A stretch of DNA of 64,000 bases from Eledone cirrhosa (lineage: Eukaryota). Of the stretch, positions 51,467 to 62,300 are shown piece after piece. The first letter of the stretch is position 1; each line of letters begins with the position of its first letter. Both the position numbers and the translations under genes were made by a program. The stretch is from NCBI GenBank assembly GCA_964016885.1, contig OZ024754.1, positions 21,204,001 through 21,268,000 of the forward strand, read 5' to 3'. Below the pieces are notes generated by a model, which had not been told where the DNA came from, made no database searches, and worked only from the letters and a program-made list of their open reading frames with translations.

Positions 51467-52029
51467 AAGGGAGGGAGGAAGATAGTGAAACGAGAGAGAG
51501 AAAATGGTGGGAGGGGGGGAGGTAGAAGAAAGAAAATATTACATCTGTCAGTTCATATTAACCATCTCCCTCCCTGATGGAAGCCAACGCCTGTTGCTTG
51601 TGGCAAGTTATTTAGATGAGATTTGTTTTCACCAAAAATGCTGGCAATATTCTACTAAAGCACAGGTTCTCAACCCTTTTGCCCCTCGAAATCACGAAAC
51701 GCCCCCTACCCTATTTTTCAATATACTACTAATTTTGATATCAGTAGATTACTAAAAAATTGATTAACAATATTCAAAAGATACCATTGCAGGCAGCTGA
51801 GAGTATAAATACATCCTTGAAAGGAAATATATAAATTTGAAAAAGAGGAACATAAATGTTCTTTTTTATGAATAAGGACCAGTTGAATTTGTTATATTCC
51901 CACCAGGCGATACCAGCTATTTTGAACATTTATACAAGAGCAACTGTCTACCCTAAGAGTGCTCTTATCTGGAAGAATGTGGCAATTATATCATTTCAAA
52001 GCTTTTCAACAATGTCAAATAACAACACC

Positions 52030-52069
<40 letters not shown>

Positions 52070-52074
52070 CATGA

Positions 52075-52458
52075 AGGCACATGGCTTAGTGGTTAGAGCA
52101 TTGGCCTTGCAATGAAGGCACATGGCTTAGTGGTTAGAGCATTGGCCTTGCAATCGAAAGGTTGTGAGTTCAATTCTCAGACTGGGTGATGTGTTGTTTC
52201 CTTGAGCAAGACACTTTATTTCACATTGCTCCAGTTTACTCAGCTGTAGAAATGAGATGATAGGGACCGGGGTCCCTATCATTCCACTGCAAAGTGGTCG
52301 TGGAGGTGCCACGGCAAAAAAGCACCCAGCACTCACTGTAAATGAGGTTGGTGTTAGGAAGGGCATCCAGCTGTAGAAATCAAGCCAGAATCAGTTCCCG
52401 TCCCACCCTTGCAAGCAGGGAAAAGTGGACGTAAAATGAAATGATGAATGATGATGAT
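52075..52458 (+). mobile_element. Composite SINE: duplicated tRNA-like head, CORE-like centre, RTE-derived segments and tail
   Basis: TGGCTTAGTGG twice, GTTCAATTC, ccttgagcaagacacttt; tail cccgtcccacccttgcaagcaggga matches the RTE 3' end at ~32384-32423. Confidence 0.82.
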
Positions 52459-52516
52459 ACATATAAATAAATATACACGGGTGTGTATGATTGTGTATAG
52501 AAGATTATATTAATAA

Positions 52517-52810
52517 AAGGAATTCCAACTTTGTCTGATTTACTCGTTTTATTTACAATCCTTTAAAATTATAATGGTATTAGAATGAAATAGTATGGTA
52601 GAATATTAAATGTTAAGTGTTAATTGAACAAGTTCAGTTGAAAATTGCAAACTTGACTGTCACCACAGAATATGGACCCGAAGATTGCGAAAGCATGAAA
52701 GTACTTGTTCAATTAACATTTAATATTCTACCATAGTATTTCATTCTAATACCATTATACATTTTAAAGGATTGTAAATAAAACAAGTAAATCAGACAAA
52801 GTTGGAATTC
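52517..52810. repeat. Inverted repeat (~115-bp arms) enclosing a variant minimal hammerhead-like motif
   Basis: gaattccaactttgtctgattt...aattgaacaagt mirrored at 52703-52810; ggac-CCGAAGA-ttgcgaaagcat-GAAA-gtac-TT-gttc at ~52674-52710. Confidence 0.75.
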
Positions 52811-52818
52811 ATTTTATT

Positions 52819-52849
<31 letters not shown>

Positions 52850-52899
52850 TAATAAAAACAATGAAATAAAAACAAAGAACAGTTTCCTTATATTGAAAA

Positions 52900-53034
52900 A
52901 TTTCTGAAGATGGCATATATAGGTGAAGGTATGTATATCTTCTCTGATAATTTGTAATATTTTTTTACATAGATCTTTAATATGATATACATACCAACAC
53001 ACACACATATATATCCCAGAAACGATCGTAAAAT
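52900..53034 (+). ncRNA. Candidate type I hammerhead with long stem II, inside an inverted repeat (52845-52900 / 53043-53097)
   Basis: attt-CTGAAGA-tggcatatataggtg...cacatatatatccca-GAAA-cgatcg-TA-aaat. Confidence 0.6.
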
Positions 53035-53252
53035 GATGATTTTTTTTCAATATAAGGAACCTGTTCTTTGTTTTTATTTCATTGTTTTTATTAATTTATC
53101 TTGACTCTGTTTTCCTATGATTTTTATCGTTAAATTTTGAATGCATTTTCTTCTATATTTGGATTACATTGAGTTCTTCATACGGATTGGACACTACCGT
53201 TTATTTTGGTAGATTTATCTACATATATATATATATAAATAACAAAAATAAT

Positions 53253-53415
53253 AATTGTTTCTACTTTAGGCACAAGGCCAGCAATTACCCAGTGCATTAC
53301 TGGTACTTTATTTTATCGACCCCGTAAGGATGAAAGGCAAAGTCAACCTCGGCGGGATTTGAACTCAGATCGTAAAGGGACGTAACTATGCTGGAAAGCA
53401 TGGCGTCCGACCCTC
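53253..53415 (-). mobile_element. tRNA-derived SINE (same family as 36421)
   Basis: Reverse complement of B box, body and tail. Confidence 0.85.
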
Positions 53416-53679
53416 AATAATGTTGATGTTACATAAATCGTTTAATCATTATAATTATTTCCACGGTTTTCTATGCAATCGAGAAGTCCTTCATGCATTT
53501 GTTGTTGTTATGAGAACAGTATCCTCAGATGAAATCCGATTTAGTGCTATGCTGCCGGCAGGAAAAAACACACGGCCTTCTGCTCGTGTGTCCAGCTGAC
53601 ATATGAGTTCCTGAAAGGAACCTAGCACAAAATATAGAAGCCTTAAACCGAAGTAAATTGAAAAACGTTCACGACTCCG

Positions 53680-54243
53680 GTGGGTTCCGCAACTAGGAGG
53701 AGGCAAGCAACAAATGCCTCTTCCTTCGATGGTAACATTGTGAACCGTGTACGACCAAGGAATCATGCAGTGCGATCCGGTAATCCGGGTGGCAACACCT
53801 CTCCGAGCTGTAATTGTAGAAACCCCGGTAACTGCCCCCTGGAAGGCAAGTGCCTTAGCAGTAGCTTAGTCGATGAATGTAGGGTGAGTACCAATAACCA
53901 AACCTTCACCTATATCGGAGCCACAGCTAATAAGTTTAAGGAACGCTGGTACAATCACTGCCACACCTTTAGGAGAGTGGATAATAAAAATAGCACCACC
54001 CTCTCCGAACTGGTGTGGCGTCTCAAACATGACAACATGGGATACATCTTGTCGTGGTCCAACGTGGCCTGAGCCCAACCCTACAGGGGAGGAGGGCATG
54101 ACTCATGCAATCTATGTGTCACCGAGATTATGGAGATAATCGAGAGGGGAACACGGGTTATCAATAAAAGGAGTAACCTGTGCAGCACCTGCCACCGCAG
54201 ATCAACTGGAACCTTCCTCAGACTGTACGGATTAACAACATAG
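53680..54243 (+). pseudogene. Penelope-like GIY-YIG endonuclease fragment
   Basis: CNCRNPGNCPLEGKC, YIGATANKFKERWYNH, STTLSELVWRLK, then past a TGA CNLCVTEIMEI...INKRSNLCSTCHR. Confidence 0.85.
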
Positions 54244-55048
54244 TTGAACTGGCTGAGGGCCAGTGCAAAGCTTGACCGTGGGAGCTGGAAGTGGCCACAC
54301 AACAACCCCAGCATCAGGCAAAGCCTGGATAGCCTGTATGCACGCCTGGAATCTTTGAGGGTCCATGTTTTATATCCCTTGGTTCCTTGTTCCTTGTTCT
54401 TTGTACGTATACCTTTGTATGTATAATCTTTGTCCCTTTCTCTATATGTGCCCCTGAATTTATATCTACATGTTTTTCTCTCCCTATTTTCACTTCCCAC
54501 AGCTCACTTGCAGCCCTTTTGATAGTATTAATACCATTGTAGTTACAACTGATAGCTATGGTGGCTAGTTATTTTCTGCACTGTGATTATTGCTGGCCTT
54601 GTGCCTTAGGGTGGAAGCGAGGATTGTCATGATTACTATATTAGTAATTGTTATACTTTGGGAGGGTCATGTTGCCAATAAGAAACACACGCACCAGTTG
54701 CTTTCACTTCAATTTATTATAATAAATTTAGGAATTTATGAATTTATAAATTTCCGGTTGGTTGGTTGGTTCCACAACCAGATGGTTGTTTATATATTGT
54801 CAAAGTTCTTTCGTCACACATTCTGTTACCTCTTCAGTGATTGGGGATTCTTTTCTTTGTTTTTGTGCCTCTCCTTTGTTCTGTCCTACGCCATCTTGTT
54901 TCTGTGTGTGTGTTGTGTGCTCAGTCTGCGCATGCGCCACATCCGGGTGTCTGTGTGTGTTTATATTCGTTTATTTATTTGTTTATTTACATGTTACTGG
55001 TTGGTTGTTTGTTCTATGTGCGTGTGTGTTTTCATTCTGTCCTTAATT

Positions 55049-55967
55049 CTAAGTTGTGATGTTGCTATTCCATTCATGCTTTCTATTTAATTTTGGTTGG
55101 AGTTCATTTATATTTATTGCCTCTGTGATTTGTCTAAACATTGCGTCTTTTCTGTGTGTAGATTCTATTTTTATTTCTATGTTCTCTAATTTACCCTTAT
55201 GTTCTATTTTAGCATGTTGGTAGAGTACAGATGATTCTTTACTATCTTGAAGCTCTCGCCAGTGTTCATTTATCCGTTCTCCTATACTACGAGCTGTCTC
55301 ACCTATGTACACTATATTTTTATCTCTACATTGTCCTTCAGTACATCTTATGCTATATACTACATTTCTAGTTTTACAGTTAATATGGGGGCTTAATTTA
55401 CAGGTTATACATTTCTTATCTATACAGGGAGGTCTTTGAAAAGGGTATGTCTTGCTAATAAGTGTTTTTATGGAGGTACCTGGTCTTTCTACTATCTTAA
55501 TATTGAGTTTATGTTTATCTAGGGCCCTTCTAATTTGTAAGCTAATTCACCTCTAGGAGTTGTATCGATGAACATTATACTCTGGTATTTATTGCTATCA
55601 TACCATCATACTATCATACCATGATACTATTAGCCTTATTCCTAGTTCTTTCTATTCTATTCCAAAATTTGCTCCTATACAAGGGGCAGGTCCCATTTGT
55701 GTCATTATTTACCATTTTTCCCATTTGGTTCTGGCTCCTCTATACACTCTGATTCTATCTCTCTGATTGTAACCAGAGAACTGCATACGGTGGATGAAGT
55801 GTTGTATGTGTCTCTCTAGTTCTTCGGGGTTGCACATGCGGGACACGTTTCTCATCACCCGTACCAAATCCGCAATCAGTATGTTGATTTTGGCATGGTC
55901 CGAAACAGCTGAGTTTCGGTGGATCAGATATTTGGAAGTCATGGGTTTGGCATAATTCCACATATCA
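55049..55967 (-). pseudogene. Penelope-like element 3' fragment of a different lineage
   Basis: YAKPMTSKYLIHRNSA...MQFSGY (RT C-terminus), PCIDKKCITC linker, YIGETARSIGERINEH, RQITEAINI...PKLNRKHEW. Confidence 0.85.
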
Positions 55968-56195
55968 TTCCACTGTAAAGTGGTCGTGGAGGTGCCACGG
56001 CAAAAAAGCACCCAGCCCACACTGTAAATGAGGTTGGTGTTAGGAAGGGCATCCAGCTGTAGAAATCAAGTCAGAATCAGTTCCTGTATGAGCAAGGCAT
56101 GGTCAGCCGAACAGACACTGCCCACAACAGGACAACACATCTAACCCATGCTAGGGTGGAAGAACGGACATAAAACGGTGATGATGATGATGATA
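55968..56195 (+). mobile_element. RTE-related short element with (GAT)n tail
   Basis: Matches 52282-52397; tail aacccatgctagggtggaagaacggacataaaacggtgatgatg. Confidence 0.75.
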
Positions 56196-56212
56196 TATAT
56201 ATATATTATTAA

Positions 56213-56368
56213 GGGCGGGGGATTGGCAGTATCAGTAGAAGGTCGGACGCCATCAAATCCCGCCGAGGTTAACTTTGCCTTTCATCCTTACAGGGTTGAT
56301 AAAATAAAGTACCAGTAATGTACTGAGTAATTGCTGGTCTTGTGCCAAAAGTAGAAACAATTATTATT
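56213..56368 (+). mobile_element. Internally deleted tRNA-derived SINE
   Basis: Same family as 36421. Confidence 0.8.
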
Positions 56369-56968
56369 AAGGCTAAAAAATGAGTGTTGGTTACTCTAAA
56401 GTGATACACTGGACTTCTAACTTTTAACATCTGAAATTTAGAATTTTGGGATATTCGGGTTGTGAAACCTTAAATATTTTCTACGATAAGTTATATTAAT
56501 CATAGCAGTAGGTAACTTTCTCACTTTGGGGTTAATGGTCTGTATATTATCCTGCCATAAATGGGTAACGGGTACAAATGCACTAAAATTCTGCTGGACA
56601 CCAAAGCTAGCAGTAAATTATTTTTGACTGGTTTGAACTCCCACTGACCATATAGTCTTGTCGGGTAAGGTGGTGGGGGACTGGTAGCTAGAGAGAACAA
56701 ATAAGGTTGGTGGTATTCTAGGTTGTAGTTGAGTGGTCAGCCACCCACACCCCTGCGACTGTGCAGTGCTGTTGGGATGTTCTGAAAGTTAGAAGGGAGC
56801 GGACACTCCAAGCAAAAATATACATTGCCTTGGAAATGTTACCTTTTAATCAATATTTGCTGTCTGAAGAAATCACAAAATCTATCGTCATGGAAATATG
56901 TATAATGGCTCAATTATTAAAGGACTCAAACATCTTCAAATTCGCATTTTCCTCTTTATATATATATA

Positions 56969-57592
56969 CTAGCTGCAGTACCTGATAATACCCAGGAAAG
57001 TTGGGGTTATTCGCAGTTCCCAGATTGTGCCTGAAAATGCTAGCGACCCTGAACACAGAAGAATTGAGGAAGTCATCGAAATTATTGAAGAAATTATAAC
57101 CGAGTGAACATATTCAGGTACTGTTCAAGCACCCTGTATATCACCATTTGTAAAGCCCTTCGAATGACTGAAGCAATTCAATAAAACCACCCCATTTTCC
57201 CCCTATAGACATAACCCGAGAAAACACACTATAATAAGTCGGATAAACAATCAAAAGTGTTGGCCCTAAAGAGGGCCTTGTAACGTTCACTGTTGCAAAA
57301 TGTCAATAATGGGAGAGAAGTTCCATCTTCTTAATTCGTGTTAATCTTCCCACAATCCGACACCTCGAAATATCGACAAAATAAACTCTACTCTCAAAGA
57401 TGGTATGTTACAATTAACATGCCAGAAGTACGAATATTCGTCAACATACAATTTGGGTTTTATTCTTTGGACTAATCTCATGGTAAGCTAACTTCCAGGT
57501 TATTGATCATCAAACTTTTTTGTAACTTATCACTGAGTTCTGCAATTGACCTAAACGTGTCCATGTGTTCAGAATCCATATCAGTGGATGTG

Positions 57593-57593
<1 letters not shown>
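56969..57593 (-). mobile_element. Non-autonomous Helitron-like element, copy 2 (internal deletion)
   Basis: Minus strand A|TC...tactgcagCTAG|T; reverse complement of 34862-35720 lacking ~35411-35636. Confidence 0.72.
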
Positions 57594-57618
<25 letters not shown>

Positions 57619-57623
<5 letters not shown>

Positions 57624-57763
57624 CCTCATTACCAGAGGTTTCCCGAATAAAACGAATACGAAAAAAACGTCCTCATTCGTTCGTCGGACAAGGTAATATA
57701 TTACCTTGTCCGACGAACGAATGAGGACGTTTTATTCGGGAAACCTCTGGTAATGAGGTAATT
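57619..57763. ncRNA. Back-to-back inverted pair of hammerhead motifs (core CCGACGA variant)
   Basis: Plus: ttaccttgt-CCGACGA-acgaatgaggacgttttattcgg-GAAA-cctctgg-TA-atgaggtaa (57681-57761); mirror copy at 57621-57677; same family as 12382. Confidence 0.7.
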
Positions 57764-57871
57764 ATATTGTATTGTTTATTATACATTAAATTTTGCTCTG
57801 GTACTTACATAGAGCACTCTTCACTCCTATGACTTTTTCAATTTTCAACGGAAACTTCAATACTTATATAT

Positions 57872-57912
<41 letters not shown>

Positions 57913-58329
57913 TATATACATATATATATATACATATATATATACAGAGACATCTGTTCAGTCGCCAACCAAAATTAGATTGTTGTCTGCTTTGTTTGAA
58001 ATTTCTTTATGTATATTTCTAATAAGTTGTTGCCTAATTTTGGAGGACTGAGTTGTGGGAGGAGGAAGGGGAGTAGTGGGAGGGAGTGTTTAACATAGAG
58101 TAGTAGTATCTCCTCTTCCCCCTCTCTCACTGAAACGTCTTCTCTTTCCTCCTCCATTGTAAATATGTCCCCAGGTGTTCCATTATTGATTTTTATTGAA
58201 ATCCAATTAGCCAGTCCTGTTTCTGAATATTAACTTAACATGTGTGTATAGTTTCATCAGGATCGGATCACTGGTGTAGGCGCCAACTGGTTATACACAG
58301 ACGGACAGAAATTGCCATTTATATAGTAG

Positions 58330-58330
<1 letters not shown>

Positions 58331-58362
<32 letters not shown>

Positions 58363-58545
58363 GTTTAACGTCCATCTTCCACGCTAGCATGGGTTAGACG
58401 GTTTTGTTGCATTTGATGCGGGATTGGTTGGGAGACTGTCTTGCTTGTATGGAAGTGTCTCTGGTATTTTTCCACGGCTGGATGCCCTTCCTAACACCAA
58501 CCACTTTACAATGTGGACTGGGTGCTTTTTGTTTTGTCACCGACA
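58331..58545 (-). mobile_element. RTE-related short element with (GAT)n tail
   Basis: Reverse complement of the ggtgttaggaagggcatccagc block and the acccatgctagcgtggaagatggacgttaaacgatgatg tail. Confidence 0.75.
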
Positions 58546-58639
58546 CTGTGAACGGAAATGGGAGGATGGGGTGTATATTGGGTTAAGAGGTGCCTACTGA
58601 CTGCAAGTTTGTTTGCAAGGGAAGGCAGGTCTTCTGTAC

Positions 58640-58765
58640 AACTGCATGGCACCAAAGATCTCGATCCAGTGACATTGTCTTAGAGAGGTGTAACTGAGCA
58701 AGGTCATTTTTTATCACCTCATCCCAGGTTTTTCTTGGTCTACCCACTCCGTAGCTTCCATCAAT
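58640..58765 (-). mobile_element. Small RTE 3' fragment
   Basis: Reverse complement resembles 8228-8355 (ggagt.ggtagacc.agaaaaacctggga). Confidence 0.75.
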
Positions 58766-59361
58766 AGCTATATATATATAGAAATGGCTTCTACAGAACT
58801 AGAACTGTTTCATTCGAAGGAAATCATCCTGTAGAAGCCATTTCTATATTAAATGTTGTATATACTCTTCAATGTATTGAGTATTTTACTTTTTGTGGTT
58901 ACTCCTGATTGAACTCGGGATACACTTACACATATATATATATATAAATATATATACTTTTTCTAAATCCATAATATAAAATAAAATGTTATACAATTTC
59001 TCCCATATTAAATGAGTTGTACAGTTGTACGGGATAATGCCAAAAGTAGGTCAGGACAGTTACTGGTGAACTTCTACTATGTCTCTTCCAGTTCCTCATA
59101 TTACAAATATTTTTCTTCACTAAACAAAAGTTAGAGTGGAATGTGTTACGTAAACTGAGAACTTTGGGGGGAAATGGGTGAAATTGAGAGGAGGAGGAGG
59201 AGGGCTTGTGAATATGGAGTCAAAGAGAGAGTGGGAGGGGGGAGAAGGAGGAAAAGTGAGAAAGAATAAAATAGAAAAGAAGGAGCGATTACAGAAGTCT
59301 GAATTTGAGAAGTGAAGTTGAGGGAGGGGAAAAAAAGATGAAGAGTAATAGGTTGAGTAAT

Positions 59362-62300
59362 AGGTACACATTGTAGAGCTAACCAAGGGTGTTAAATACC
59401 CAGGTACACACTGTAGAGCTAGCTAACCAAGGGTACTAAATACCCAGGTACACATTGTAGAACTAATCTAGGTTGCTGAATACCCAGGTACACATTGTAG
59501 GGCTAATCTAGGGTGTTAAATACCCAGGTACACATTGTAGAGCTAACCAAAGGTGCTAAATACCCAGGTACACATGGTAGAACTAATCTAGGGTGTTAAA
59601 TACCTAGGTACACATTGTAGAGCTAACAAAGGGTGCTAAATACCCAGGTACACATTGTAGAACTGATCCAGGGTGTTAAATACCCAGGTACACATAGTAG
59701 AGCTAACCAAGGGTGCTAAATACCCAGGTACACATTGTAGAACTAATCTAGGTTGCTGAATACCCAGGTACACATTGTAGGGCTAATCTAGGGTGTTAAA
59801 TACCCAGGTACACATTGTAGAGCTAACCAAAGGTGCTAAATACCCAGGTACACATGGTAGAACTAATCTAGGGTGTTAAATACCTAGGTACACATTGTAG
59901 AGCTAACAAAGGGTGCTAAATACCCAGGTACACATTGTAGAACTGATCCAGGGTGTTAAATACCCAGGTACACATAGTAGAGCTAACCAAGGGTGCTAAA
60001 TACCCAGGTACACATTGTAGAACTAATCTAGGGTGTAAAATACCCAGGTACACATTGTAGAGCTAATCAAGGGTGCTAAATACCCACATACACATTGTAG
60101 AGCTAACCAAGGGTGCTAAATACCCAGGTACACATTGTAGAACTAATCTAGGGTGTTAAATACCCAGGTACACATTGTAGAGCTAACCAAGGCTGCTAAA
60201 TACCCAGCTACACATTGTAGAGCTAATCTAGGGTGCTGAATATCCAGGTACACATTGTAGAGCTAATCTAGGGTGTTAAATACCCAGGTACATATTGTAG
60301 AGCTAACCAAGGTTGCTAAATACCCAGGTACACATTGTAGAGCTAATCTAGGGTGTTAAATACCCAAGTACACATTGTAGAGCTAACCAAGGGTGCTAAA
60401 TACCCAGGTACACATTGTAGAGCTAATCTAGGGTGCTGAAAACCCAGGTACACATTGTAGAGCTAATCTAGGGTGTTAAATACCCAGGTACACATTGTAG
60501 AGCTAACCTAGGGTGTTAAATGCCCAGGTACACATTGTAGAGCTAACCAAGGGTGCTAAATACCCAGGTACACATTGTAGAGCTAATCTAGGGTGTTAAA
60601 TACCCAAGTACACATTGTAGAGCTAACCTAGGGTGTTAAATGCCCAGGTACACATTGTAGAGCTAACCAAGGGTGCTAAATACCAAGGTACACATTGTAG
60701 AGCTAATCTAGGGTGTTAAATACCCAGGTACACATTGTAGAGCTAACCTAGGGTGTTAAATGCCCAGGTACACATTGTAGAGCTAACCAAGGGTGCTAAA
60801 TACCCAGGTACACATTGTAGAGCTAATCTAGGGTGCTGAATACCCAGGTACACATTGTAGAGCTAATCTAGGGTGTTAAATACCCAGGTACACATTGTAG
60901 AGCTAACTTAGTGTGTTAAATACCCAGGTACACATTGTAGAGCTAACCTAGGGTGTTAAATACCCAGGTACACATAGAGCTAATCTAGGGTGTTAAATAG
61001 CCAGGTACACATTGTAGAGCTAACCTAGGGTGTTAAATACCCAGGTAAACATTGTAGAGCTAACCTAGGGTGTTAAATACCCAGGTACACATTGTAGAGC
61101 TAACCTAGTGTGTTAAATACCAATATAAACATTGTAAAGCTAATCTAGCGTGCTAAATACCCAGGTACACATTGTAGAGCTAATCTAGGGTGCTAAATAC
61201 CCAGGTAAACATTCTAGAGCTAACCTAGTGTGCTAAATACCCAGGTAAACATTCTAGAGTTAACCTAGTGTGCTAAATACCTAGGTAAACATTTTAGTGA
61301 TAACCTAGTGTGCTAAATGCCCAGGTAAATATTCTAGAGCTAACCTAGTGTGCTAAATACCTAGGTAAACATTTTAGTGATAACCTAGTGTGCTAAATAC
61401 CCAGGTAAACATTCTAGAGCTAGCTTAGTGTGCTAATTACACAGGTAAACATTCTAGAGTTAACCTAGTGTGCTAAATGCCCAAGTGTACATTGTAGAGC
61501 TAACCTAGTGTGCTGAATACCTAGGTACACATAGTAGAGCTAATCTAATGTCCTCAATACGCAGGTACACATTATAGAGCTAACCTAGGGTGTTAAATAC
61601 CCAGGTAAACATTGTAGAGCTAATCTAGATGGTTAAATACCCAGGTACATATTGTAGAGCTCACCTAGTGTGCTAAATACCCAGGTAAACATTCTAGAGC
61701 TAACCGAGTGTGCTAAATACCCAGGTAAACATTCTAGAGCTAATCTAGTGTGCTAAATACGCAGGTCAACATTCTAGAGCTAGCCTAGTGTGCTAAATAC
61801 CCAGATAAACATTCTAGAGCTAACCTAGTGTGCTAAATACCCAGGTAAACATTTTAGTGTTAACCTAGTGTGCTAAATACCCAGGTATACATTCTAGAGT
61901 TAACCTAGTGTGCTAAATACCCAGGTACACATTGGAGAGCTAACCTAGGGTGTTAAATACACAGGTACACATTTTAGAGCTAACCAAGGGTGCTAAATAC
62001 CCAGGTACACATTGTAGAGCTAATCTAGGGTGCTGAATACCCAGGTACACATTGTAGAGCTAATCTAGGGTGTTAAATACCCAGCTACACATTGTAGAGC
62101 TAACTTAGTGTGTTAAATACCCAGGTACACATTGTAGAGCTAACCTAGGGTGTTAAATACCCAGGTACACATTATAGAGCTAATCTAGGGTGTTAAATAC
62201 CCAGGTACACATTGTAGAGCTAACCTAGGGTGTTAAATACCCAGGTACACATTGTAGAGCTAACCTAGGGTGTTAAATACCTATGTAAACATTGTAGAGC

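Noticed and set aside
33253-54072. Selenocysteine recoding at in-frame TGAs of the Penelope fragments (33253, 54070)
   Set aside because: They fall at positions expected to be Trp or Arg, not Cys, in elements with other lesions.
34862-57593. Giant TIR element such as a Polinton
   Set aside because: Each arm has its own Helitron-type ends; no integrase, polB, capsid or DDE transposase inside.
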